DNA of 64,000 bases, from assembly GCA_965223545.1 (NCBI GenBank), contig OZ245006.1, forward strand, positions 3,040,001 through 3,104,000, in the 5' to 3' direction. Shown here one piece after another: positions 39,413 to 47,907 of this stretch; positions within the stretch are counted from its first letter, which is position 1, and each line of letters starts with the position of its first letter. The DNA comes from Planctomycetota bacterium. GTDB lineage: Bacteria > Planctomycetota > UBA1135 > UBA2386. Position numbers and translations under genes: made by a program. A model generated the notes under the pieces. That model searched no databases, was not told the DNA's origin, and saw nothing but the letters and a program-made list of their open reading frames with translations.

Positions 39413-42400
39413 ATGAGCCCACCCCCCTCCCCCGCACCCGCCGATGCCATCGCCATCATCGGAATGGCGTGCCGATTCCCAGAGGCGCCGGACATCGAAA
39501 GCTACTGGCGCCTGCTCCGGGACGGCGTCGAAGCGGTGCGCTTCCCCGACCCGGACGCGCTGCGGGCAGCGGGAGATACGCCAGAGCGGATGAGGCATCC
39601 GCGCTACGTGGCGTCCCCGGGGGCCGTGCTCGACGACGTCGACGCGTTCGACGCGGCATTCTTCGGCATCGAGGCGGATCGAGCCGCCCTGATGGACCCG
39701 CAACACCGCGTCTTTCTCGAGTGCACCCACGCCGCGCTCGAGGACGCCGGCTACGACCCGACGCGTTACCCCGGCATGATCGCGCTGTTCGCCGGCGCCG
39801 GCCGCAACCACTACCTGCTCGAGCACCTCCTGCCGCAGGCCCGCGCGATGGCCACCGCCGGACCGCTCGAGGTGACGCTGACCAACGACAAGGACTTCGT
39901 GCCGCTGCGCGTGTCCTACCTCCTCGACCTGCGCGGGCCGAGCGTCGGGGTGCAAACCGCGTGCTCGACGTCGCTGGTGGCAACCCACTTGGCGTGTCAG
40001 AGCCTGCTGAGCGGTGACGCGGACATCGCGCTCGCCGGCGGAGTCTCGATCACCACGCTGCACGGGCGCGGCTACATCGGCAGTGACGACGGCCTGTTCT
40101 CGGCCGACGGCCACTGCCGCCCGTTCGACGCCGACGCGACCGGCCCGGCCGCCGGCAACGGCGCCGGTGTCGTGGTGTTGAAGCGGCTGGAGGATGCGCT
40201 GCGGGATCGCGACTGCGTGCGGGCCTTGATTCTCGGCTCCGCCATCAACAACGACGGGGCGACCAAGGTCGGCTTCACCGCACCAGCCGTCGAGGGGCAG
40301 CGTCAGGTCGTCCGCGACGCACTGTCGATCGCCGGTGTCGACGCCGGCACGATCAGCTACGTCGAGGCGCACGGCACCGGGACCAAGCTCGGCGACATGA
40401 TCGAAGTCGCGGCGCTGACCGACGCGTTCCGCGACCAGACCGTGCAGCGCGCCTATTGCGGCATCGGCTCTGTCAAATCCAACTTCGGACACACCAACAC
40501 GGCCGCTGGCGTCGCCGGCTTGATCAAGGTGGTGCTCGCGTTGCAGAACCGCGAGCTGCCCGCCAGCCTCAACTTCGCGCGGCCCAATCCGGAGATCGAC
40601 TTCGCAGACAGCCCGTTTCGCGTCGTCGATCGACGGCAGCGCTGGGCGGCGGACACGCCGCGCCGGGCCGCCGTTCACGCGGTCGCGATGGGTGGCACGA
40701 ACGCCCACGCGGTGCTCCAGGAGGCTCCCGCGGCCCACCCCCGGCAGGCGACGGAGACTGCCGCGCACGTGCTACCGCTCTCGGCACCGACCGCGGAGGG
40801 CCTGCAGCGCGTCGCCGAGCGGCTGCGATCCCACCTGCAAGCCCATCCCGACCAGGCGCTCGCGGACATCGCCTACACGCTGCAGGTCGGGCGGCGCGCC
40901 TTCGACCACCGCCTCGCGGTGGTCGCGACCACGACACAGGCGGCAGTGGCCGCACTGGAAGACTTCGCGTCACCGGCTGTGGCCACGCCGGGTCGCGCGC
41001 TGACCCTCTGTCTCGCGGACAGCGCCCCCGAGCCCGAGGCCTGGCGACGGTTGCAGCGCGAGGACAACGCGTTTCGCGACGCGATCTCGGAGTGCGGCGA
41101 TCCCGAGGCACTGCTGGCGGAGAACGGCGGGCGCAGTGCGTTTGCCTGGCTCTACGCCCTGGCCAAGAGCTGGCAGAGGTTCGGCGTCACGCCGGCACGC
41201 ACCGTCGGGTCGGGGATCGCCGAGTGGGTCGCCAAGAGCCTCGACGGCCGTTGTGATCTGTCGACCGGGCTGGCTCATGCCGACCGGATCACGCCGACCG
41301 GTGCGGTCCAGCCCCCGGACGACCCCACGGCGACGCGCCTGGTGATCGGCGCCGCGTCATCCGAGGCGGATGCTACCGGTGGGCTCCTCGACCCACTGCC
41401 GGTCATCGCGCGGTTGTGGTGTGAGGGAATCGAGATCGATTGGCAACCGCGGGCCGACCTGCTCGAGGCGCGGCGCGTGTCGCTCCCCACCTACCCGTTC
41501 GCCCGGGCTCGGCATTGGATCGACGCCGGCGACGGAACACCAGCGACAGTCCAGCCGGAAGCCGAGGTGGATGGGTGGCTCTACGTACCGACCTGGAATC
41601 GCGTGCCCGTGCCGACCGAGAGAGTCACGGTGCGCGACACGGAGTGGCTCGTCCTCGCCGACCCGACGGGCGTCGGCGACCACGTCGCCGCCCGGCTTCG
41701 CCACCGGGGAGCGGGGGTCACGTGCATCACACCGGCGGCTGCATTCGAGCAGGTCGGCGACCGTCGCTACGCGTTGCGACCGGACAGCAAAGACGATTGG
41801 CAGAGGTTGTTCGAACAGCTGGCGGCGCAGGGTCGCCAACCGCAGCACGCGCTGCACCTGTGGTCGTTGGCGCCGGCCAGCGAGAACGGGGCCGCCAACC
41901 CACACCTCGACTCGCGCGTTTCGCTGTGCGTCGACAGCCTGCGCCACATCGTCGAGCACGTCGACGCGAGCGCCGGCAACGGTGCGGTGATGCTGGTCAC
42001 CGACCGCCTGAGCGACGTATTGGGTGGCGAGGTCGCGGACCCGGAACGCGCTCTCGCAGTGGGCGCGTTCCGCGCGCTCACCAGTGAGCATCGACGTCTG
42101 CGGGCACGCCACCTGGACCTTTGCCTGGCGCCGCCGCAGGCCGACGCTGCCGCGGCCGCCGATATCGTGATCGACGAAGCGACGACCTCCGCACCGAACA
42201 GCACGGTCGCCTACCGGGGCCTGAGCCGGTGGCGGCAGTCGCACACGCGCCTCCGCGCGAGCGCCGTGGCCAGCACCAACGAGCTGCGCGGCACGGTACT
42301 CATCACCGGTGGTTTCGGCCGCGTCGGCCAATCGGCTGCGCTCCAACTCGCGGCTCCGGGAGTGCACCTGCTGCTGACCACGCGCCGGCCGATGGCAGCG

Positions 42401-43231
42401 CCGGACACCGATGAGCGCGGCGCGAGCATTGCCGCACTGCAGGCCCTTGGCGCGACCGTCGAGGTGGCAGTCCTCGACCCCGCGGACGGGGCCGCGCTGC
42501 GCCACACCGTCGAACGATCGCGCGCGGACAACGGCCCGCTCCGCGGGGCAATCGGCGCGGCCACGCCGCGCCTGCACAGCCCCGACGCGATTCGATGCGG
42601 CGTCGAGTGCAGCCGCGCGCTGCTCGCCGCAGTCGCCGGCGAGCCGGTGCAGTTCACGGTGCTGACGACCTGCATCACCAGCGTGCTCGGTGGGGACGGG
42701 GTCGTCACTGACGCCGCCGCGGCGACCGCGGCCGAGAGCATCGCCCTGGCCGCCGACGCCGACGCCCGCGCCCGCGTCGTCACCTGGGACCGCTGGGACG
42801 ACCACGACGGGATCCTCGGCGACGACGGCCGCACGGCTCTCGGCCGGATCCTCACCAGCCCCGAGCGCCACGTCATCGTCTCCCGTTACGACCTCGACGC
42901 GCGCCGCGCCGGCGCCACGCCACGAGCTCCCGCTCGATCCGGATCCGCCACCGCGCCGCGCACGCCACTCGAGCGCGACATTCTGGCCATTTGGAGCGAG
43001 TGCCTGCAGGACGACTCGATCGGCGTGCTCGACAACTTCTTCGAGGTCGGCGGGCGCTCGGCGACGGCGACGCGGGTGCTGGCCCTACTCCGCGAACGCC
43101 TGAGCGTCGAGCTCCCGTTGCGACAGCTGTTCGAAGCACCGACGGTCGCCGATCTCGCGGCGGTGATCGAGAGCCGGCAATCGGACGATGCCGGCCGCGA
43201 CGACAGCGAGCGAGAAGAGATCGAGATCTGA
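39413..43231 (+). CDS. Type I PKS module: intact KS, degenerate AT, degenerate KR, ACP, C-terminal docking peptide
   Basis: KS QTACSTS, EAHGTGT, NFGH. The AT region is short with no GQG or HAFH, and GHSxG is replaced by GSGIAE. KR keeps ITGGFGRVG but lacks YxxxN. ACP FFEVGGRSA. Ends SEREEIEI. Confidence 0.92.
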   Translation: MSPPPSPAPADAIAIIGMACRFPEAPDIESYWRLLRDGVEAVRFPDPDALRAAGDTPERMRHPRYVASPGAVLDDVDAFDAAFFGIEADRAALMDPQHRVFLECTHAALEDAGYDPTRYPGMIALFAGAGRNHYLLEHLLPQARAMATAGPLEVTLTNDKDFVPLRVSYLLDLRGPSVGVQTACSTSLVATHLACQSLLSGDADIALAGGVSITTLHGRGYIGSDDGLFSADGHCRPFDADATGPAAGNGAGVVVLKRLEDALRDRDCVRALILGSAINNDGATKVGFTAPAVEGQRQVVRDALSIAGVDAGTISYVEAHGTGTKLGDMIEVAALTDAFRDQTVQRAYCGIGSVKSNFGHTNTAAGVAGLIKVVLALQNRELPASLNFARPNPEIDFADSPFRVVDRRQRWAADTPRRAAVHAVAMGGTNAHAVLQEAPAAHPRQATETAAHVLPLSAPTAEGLQRVAERLRSHLQAHPDQALADIAYTLQVGRRAFDHRLAVVATTTQAAVAALEDFASPAVATPGRALTLCLADSAPEPEAWRRLQREDNAFRDAISECGDPEALLAENGGRSAFAWLYALAKSWQRFGVTPARTVGSGIAEWVAKSLDGRCDLSTGLAHADRITPTGAVQPPDDPTATRLVIGAASSEADATGGLLDPLPVIARLWCEGIEIDWQPRADLLEARRVSLPTYPFARARHWIDAGDGTPATVQPEAEVDGWLYVPTWNRVPVPTERVTVRDTEWLVLADPTGVGDHVAARLRHRGAGVTCITPAAAFEQVGDRRYALRPDSKDDWQRLFEQLAAQGRQPQHALHLWSLAPASENGAANPHLDSRVSLCVDSLRHIVEHVDASAGNGAVMLVTDRLSDVLGGEVADPERALAVGAFRALTSEHRRLRARHLDLCLAPPQADAAAAADIVIDEATTSAPNSTVAYRGLSRWRQSHTRLRASAVASTNELRGTVLITGGFGRVGQSAALQLAAPGVHLLLTTRRPMAAPDTDERGASIAALQALGATVEVAVLDPADGAALRHTVERSRADNGPLRGAIGAATPRLHSPDAIRCGVECSRALLAAVAGEPVQFTVLTTCITSVLGGDGVVTDAAAATAAESIALAADADARARVVTWDRWDDHDGILGDDGRTALGRILTSPERHVIVSRYDLDARRAGATPRAPARSGSATAPRTPLERDILAIWSECLQDDSIGVLDNFFEVGGRSATATRVLALLRERLSVELPLRQLFEAPTVADLAAVIESRQSDDAGRDDSEREEIEI

Positions 43232-43373
43232 AAGCGTCCCCCGGGGCGCGTCACCGTCGCGGCGCGTTCGGCACCACCGGGCAGGGGCAGAGCCCGTAGC
43301 GCCCCTCGCCGGCACGGGCATCGAGGGGCACTGCCCCCTGTCGCCGACGCGCGAAACGCGGGACGATGCCGCG

Positions 43374-45809
43374 GTGGCGACTCCGCGACCCGTCTTCCGC
43401 CGAGCACTCGGACGGCTCGACAGCTACGCCGCGCTGGTCGGCATTCTGGTCGGCGCCGGGATCTTCCGGGTCACCGGCGACGCCTACGCCCTGACCGGCC
43501 CGAGCGTCATCCTGGGCTATCTGGTCCTGGCGCCGGTGATCGCCGCCACCGCCCTGCCGTACGCGGCGTTTCTCGGCACCACGGCGGGCGGCACCGCCGG
43601 CGGGGACTACGCCCACATCGCCCAGGTGTTCGGCCGCGGCCGGTTGGCCTTCCTCGCCGGATGGCTCAAGTTGATTTCCTATCTGGGCGCCGCAGCGTAC
43701 TTGGCCCTGACGGTTGCCGACTACGGCGTCGAGCTTCTCGTCACCTGCGGCTTGCCTGGGGCAGCGGCCCTCGACCGCACGTGGATCGCCGTCGCGACCC
43801 TGCTGCTGTTCTGGTCGGTGCAGGCCGGCGGCGCCCGTTGGTTCGCGCGCACCCAGACCGCGATGTTTCTCGCACTGCTGGCGGCAATCGCCCTGCTGGT
43901 CATTCCCGGCGTGTTCGCGATCCGGCCGCAGAACTACCAACCGTTCTTCGCAGCGGGCGCGACGGGCTTCGTCACCGCGCTGCCGCCCCTGTTCTTTGCG
44001 TACGCGGGGTTCGAGGCGCTCGCGCACCACGCGGCCGAAGTGCGCGACGGCTCCCGGCGGCTGCCGGGCATTCTGTTGCGCGGGATCGCGATGACCACCG
44101 CGATCTTCGTGGCGATGGCATCCGTCGCACTCGGAACGGTCGACGGAGCCGCGATCCGAGCGAGCACGGCGCCGATGGCGACCGCGGCCGCGGCCTACTT
44201 GCCCGCCGGAGCCGCCGCGGTCGTCGCCCTGGGCGGAGTCCTGGCGGCGGCGACTTCGGTCAATGCCACGCTCGCGGTGCCACCGCGGCTCGCGGTGACC
44301 CTGGCCGCCGACAAGCTGCTGCCGACCGCTTTGGGCTCGGTCCACTCGATCTCGGGCGCCCCGCGCCCGGCGCTGTTGGCCACGGTCGGGGTTGCGCTGG
44401 CGCTTCTGCTCAGCGGTCAGCTCGCGTTCGCCCTGAACATCGCCGTGCTCAGCCTGATGCTGGTCTACCTGTTGCACAGTGTCGCGCTGTTGTGCGTTCA
44501 GCGGCGAGCGCCGCGGCTGTGGTCGGAGATCATCCGTCAGACTCCGGCCCGCCGGCTACGCGCCGCCGCCTGGATCAGCGCTGCGACCCTCGCCGCGCTG
44601 ATCGGGACCATGGTCGTCCACGACGTCACCGCGATCGCCAACGACAGCATCGTCAGCCGATGGTCGGCCGGCAATCTGACCGCGCTCGAGCTCTGGATCT
44701 TCTGGGCCGCGGCGGGGTTGCTCCTGCACGCGAGGGCCGCCGGCAGGCAGGACACCGAGGTCCGCGATGTGAACGCGCGCAACCGGGACTTCATCCGCTA
44801 CGAGCAGGTGGAGAAGCGGCAGAGCTACCGGCTCGCCGAGGCGCGAAGCACGACTTCCGTTGCGGAGACCGAACGCTTCGACGACGACTTCGAGCTGCGG
44901 ACCGTGTCGATGCGTCTTCCCGAAGACGCCTTCGCCGCCGAACTGGGCACCGCCTTGGAGGAGATCGGGTTTTGCGTGTTGACCGACCACGGCACCGATC
45001 CGCGGCTGTTCGCGACGGCGGCAGAGCACACTCTGCGCATGCTGCGCGACACGCCGCAGGCCGCCAAGCAGCGATACCGCGCACGACGCCACGGCTCGAT
45101 CAACGCGGGCTGGTTCCCCCTGCAGGAGACCAGTGACATCCATCCCGATCAGGTGGAGGGCTGGGTCCTGTGCCGGCGCGCATTCGACCTGGGCGAGCGC
45201 GACGACTACGACGTCGACGCGTTCTGGCCGGACCCCGCACACGAGCGCGCGTTGCGGCCACTGTGCACGACCCAAGAGAGGCTGATCCTGCCCATCATGC
45301 AGGCAGTGCTGCGCTACCTCGGGTGCGACCCGCATCTGTACGACGCCCGACTGACGGCCACCAACTTCGCCCTCCGACTCAACTACTACCCACCGCAGGC
45401 AGCAGACGCCCCCACCGGAGCCGGCCGGCTGCTGGGCCACGAGGACGTCACGCTGTTCACCATGCTGCCGGCCCCCACCATCGAAGGCCTGCAGATTCTC
45501 AACCGCGCGAGCGCGGCGTGGGTGCGCGTCGACGCGCCGCCGAACAGCCTGATCCTGAACACGGGCGACTACATGCAACGGATCACCAATGACCGCCTGC
45601 CGTCGACCACGCACCGCGTCAGCCTGCCGCGCGATCCCGCCCTGCGCCGACAACCTCGCGTCAGCTTTCCGATGAACGTCTACTTGTGGGAAGACGAGAT
45701 CCTCGAGGTGCTCCCGGGCTTGGGCGAGCCGGCGTACCCGCCGGTTCGGGCCGAAGACTTCCACACCCGGATCACCGCGAAGTACTACGGCGACGATTAC
45801 CCCAGGTGA
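43374..45809 (+). CDS. Fusion of an APC-family amino-acid permease and an isopenicillin-N-synthase-family 2OG-Fe(II) oxygenase
   Basis: Permease: LVGAGIF, GGDY, FFAYAGFE, AEVRD..R.LP and many TMs. Oxygenase from ~44769: EEIGFCVLTDHG, LRLNYYP, HEDVT (HxD), LNTGDY.QRITND..PSTTHRV, RVSFP (RxS). One uninterrupted frame. Start estimated at GTG 43374. Confidence 0.88.
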   Translation: MATPRPVFRRALGRLDSYAALVGILVGAGIFRVTGDAYALTGPSVILGYLVLAPVIAATALPYAAFLGTTAGGTAGGDYAHIAQVFGRGRLAFLAGWLKLISYLGAAAYLALTVADYGVELLVTCGLPGAAALDRTWIAVATLLLFWSVQAGGARWFARTQTAMFLALLAAIALLVIPGVFAIRPQNYQPFFAAGATGFVTALPPLFFAYAGFEALAHHAAEVRDGSRRLPGILLRGIAMTTAIFVAMASVALGTVDGAAIRASTAPMATAAAAYLPAGAAAVVALGGVLAAATSVNATLAVPPRLAVTLAADKLLPTALGSVHSISGAPRPALLATVGVALALLLSGQLAFALNIAVLSLMLVYLLHSVALLCVQRRAPRLWSEIIRQTPARRLRAAAWISAATLAALIGTMVVHDVTAIANDSIVSRWSAGNLTALELWIFWAAAGLLLHARAAGRQDTEVRDVNARNRDFIRYEQVEKRQSYRLAEARSTTSVAETERFDDDFELRTVSMRLPEDAFAAELGTALEEIGFCVLTDHGTDPRLFATAAEHTLRMLRDTPQAAKQRYRARRHGSINAGWFPLQETSDIHPDQVEGWVLCRRAFDLGERDDYDVDAFWPDPAHERALRPLCTTQERLILPIMQAVLRYLGCDPHLYDARLTATNFALRLNYYPPQAADAPTGAGRLLGHEDVTLFTMLPAPTIEGLQILNRASAAWVRVDAPPNSLILNTGDYMQRITNDRLPSTTHRVSLPRDPALRRQPRVSFPMNVYLWEDEILEVLPGLGEPAYPPVRAEDFHTRITAKYYGDDYPR

Positions 45810-45818
45810 GGTCGAACT

Positions 45819-46478
45819 TCATCGAGCAGCGCGTTCCGCAACCCACGCGACGAGGGGAATCGTCAGCCTGTACGGCAGCTTTACGGCCCAGCTCGGCAGC
45901 TTGGGATGCCGCTCCTCGCGCTCGACCCGCCCGCGCAGGTGCTCCAAGCCGAGTCGTCGAGGAACCGCGCGCCGCAGGTCGATGCCGACAAGGTGTTTGA
46001 TGCTCTTGTAGCCGTAGTGCTTCGGCGCGACGAGGCGCAACGGCCCACCACTACGGCCATCGAGAGGCCGGTCGTCGAAGTGTGTCGCGACGATGACGTC
46101 CTCGGCGAGCGCATCCTCCCATACGAAATGGCCGCGGCGGTGATCCGCCGCGCGGGCCACCACGTAGGGGGCGGGCGGCGTGAGTTGGCCCAGTGCTTCG
46201 AGGACCTGCCGCAGGGGCACGCCCGTCCAGCGCACACCCCTCACCGACCAGGTCGTCACGCAGTGGAAGTCCGCTTGCAGCGTTCGCGGGCCCAGCGCGC
46301 GGAAATCATCGAGATCGAGCTGCGCGACCGGCTCTCGGTCGCGACGCACGACGAGCACCGGCGGTGGCAGCGGATCCGGCGGAGCCGACCACGGCCGATC
46401 CGAGAAGCGCGGCATTTGGCGCAACTCGCGTTGGCCGGGCGGCAACCCGGCGGCGCGTCTTGGCCACTGGAAACCCAT
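45819..46478 (-). CDS. Molybdopterin-dependent oxidoreductase (sulfite-oxidase family catalytic domain)
   Basis: DFHCVTTWS, WTGVPL, GGPLRLVAPKHYGYKSIKHL. Confidence 0.88.
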   Translation of the reverse strand: MGFQWPRRAAGLPPGQRELRQMPRFSDRPWSAPPDPLPPPVLVVRRDREPVAQLDLDDFRALGPRTLQADFHCVTTWSVRGVRWTGVPLRQVLEALGQLTPPAPYVVARAADHRRGHFVWEDALAEDVIVATHFDDRPLDGRSGGPLRLVAPKHYGYKSIKHLVGIDLRRAVPRRLGLEHLRGRVEREERHPKLPSWAVKLPYRLTIPLVAWVAERAAR

Positions 46479-46544
46479 GGGGTCGCGACTATCTCACCAG
46501 CGAATGCCCTGCGCACCAAGGGAGGCGCAATTAGCATTGGCGAC

Positions 46545-47888
46545 GTGAGTGCGACCCTAGCCATCTCGTTGCTCGCCCTCGCCGGCCAGCAACCCGTGCC
46601 AACGGACACGAGTGCCCCGCGTGTTGCGTCCGACGTTTCCGCCGCCGACTCCTGGCCGCACTGGCGCGGCCCATTCGGCACGGGAGCCAACCCGGCCGCC
46701 GACCCGCCGACGCGATGGAGCGAAGCCGAAGGGGTACGCTGGAAAGTGCCGCTGCCGGGAACGGGTCACAGCTCCCCGGTGGTCGCCGGCGACCTCGTGT
46801 TCGTGACCAGCGCGGTCCCGTTCGGCGAGCACGGCGATCCGGTGCCGGACGACGCACCCGGGGCGCACGACAACGCGCCCGTCACGCAACAGCACGCGTT
46901 CGTCGTGCAGGCCTACCGGCGCGCCGACGGCGGCCTGCTGTGGACGACGACGGTGCGTGAGCAACTGCCACATGCGGGCGCCCACGTCAGCGGATCACTG
47001 GCATCGGCGTCGCCGGTGACGGATGGCGGCCACGTGTACGCCTTCTTCGGCTCGTACGGCCTGTACTGCATCGACACCCGCGGCGAGATCGTGTGGCAGC
47101 GTGACCTGGGCGACATGCAGGTCAAGCACGGCCACGGCGAGGGTGCTTCCCCGGCCCTGCACGGCGACACGATCATCGTCAACTGGGACCACGAAGGAGA
47201 CTCCTTCATCGTCGCCCTGGACAAGCGCGACGGCACCGAGCGCTGGCGGCGCCCGCGCGACGAGGTCACCTCATGGGCATCGCCTCTCATCGTCGAGCAC
47301 GGCGATCGGCGCCAAGTCATCGTGAGCGGCACGACAAGGGTGCGGGCGTACGACCTCGAGAACGGGGACGAGATCTGGGCGTGCGGAGGCTTGTCACACA
47401 ACGTCGTCGCCTCGCCCGTCGCGGCCGATGGCATGGTGTATGCGGCCAGCAGCTACGAGAAGCGGGCTCTGCTGGCGATCCGGCTCGAGGGTGCCGAGGG
47501 CGACCTCACCGGCACCGACCATGTGGTGTGGTCGCGTCGCCGGCGCACACCGTACGTTCCCTCCCCACTGCTGTACGGGGAGTGGCTGTACTTCCTCAAC
47601 CACTACCAGGGAGTGCTCACGCGGGTGCGCGCGCGCACCGGCGAGGAACCCGACGGACCGTTTCGCCTCCCCGAGGTGTACGAGCTCTACGCATCTCCCG
47701 TCGGTGCCGCCAACCGAATCTACTTGTGCGACCGCGATGGGGTCACGGTCGTGCTTTCCCATGGCGACGACCAGCCGCAGATCGTCGCGATCAACCGCCT
47801 GGACGACAGCTTCAGTGCGACGCCGGCATTGGCGGGCCGCGAGCTGTACCTGCGCGGTCGCAACCTGTACTGCATCGCGCCCGACTGA
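46545..47888 (+). CDS. PQQ-binding-like beta-propeller protein (BamB-like planctomycete family)
   Basis: WPHWRGP, W..PLPG.GHSSPVV, ASPVTDG, ASP/PSP repeats, FSATPA...ELYLRG. Start estimated at GTG 46545. Confidence 0.88.
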   Translation: MSATLAISLLALAGQQPVPTDTSAPRVASDVSAADSWPHWRGPFGTGANPAADPPTRWSEAEGVRWKVPLPGTGHSSPVVAGDLVFVTSAVPFGEHGDPVPDDAPGAHDNAPVTQQHAFVVQAYRRADGGLLWTTTVREQLPHAGAHVSGSLASASPVTDGGHVYAFFGSYGLYCIDTRGEIVWQRDLGDMQVKHGHGEGASPALHGDTIIVNWDHEGDSFIVALDKRDGTERWRRPRDEVTSWASPLIVEHGDRRQVIVSGTTRVRAYDLENGDEIWACGGLSHNVVASPVAADGMVYAASSYEKRALLAIRLEGAEGDLTGTDHVVWSRRRRTPYVPSPLLYGEWLYFLNHYQGVLTRVRARTGEEPDGPFRLPEVYELYASPVGAANRIYLCDRDGVTVVLSHGDDQPQIVAINRLDDSFSATPALAGRELYLRGRNLYCIAPD

Positions 47889-47907
47889 CGGCGCGGCCCG
47901 GCCGACG

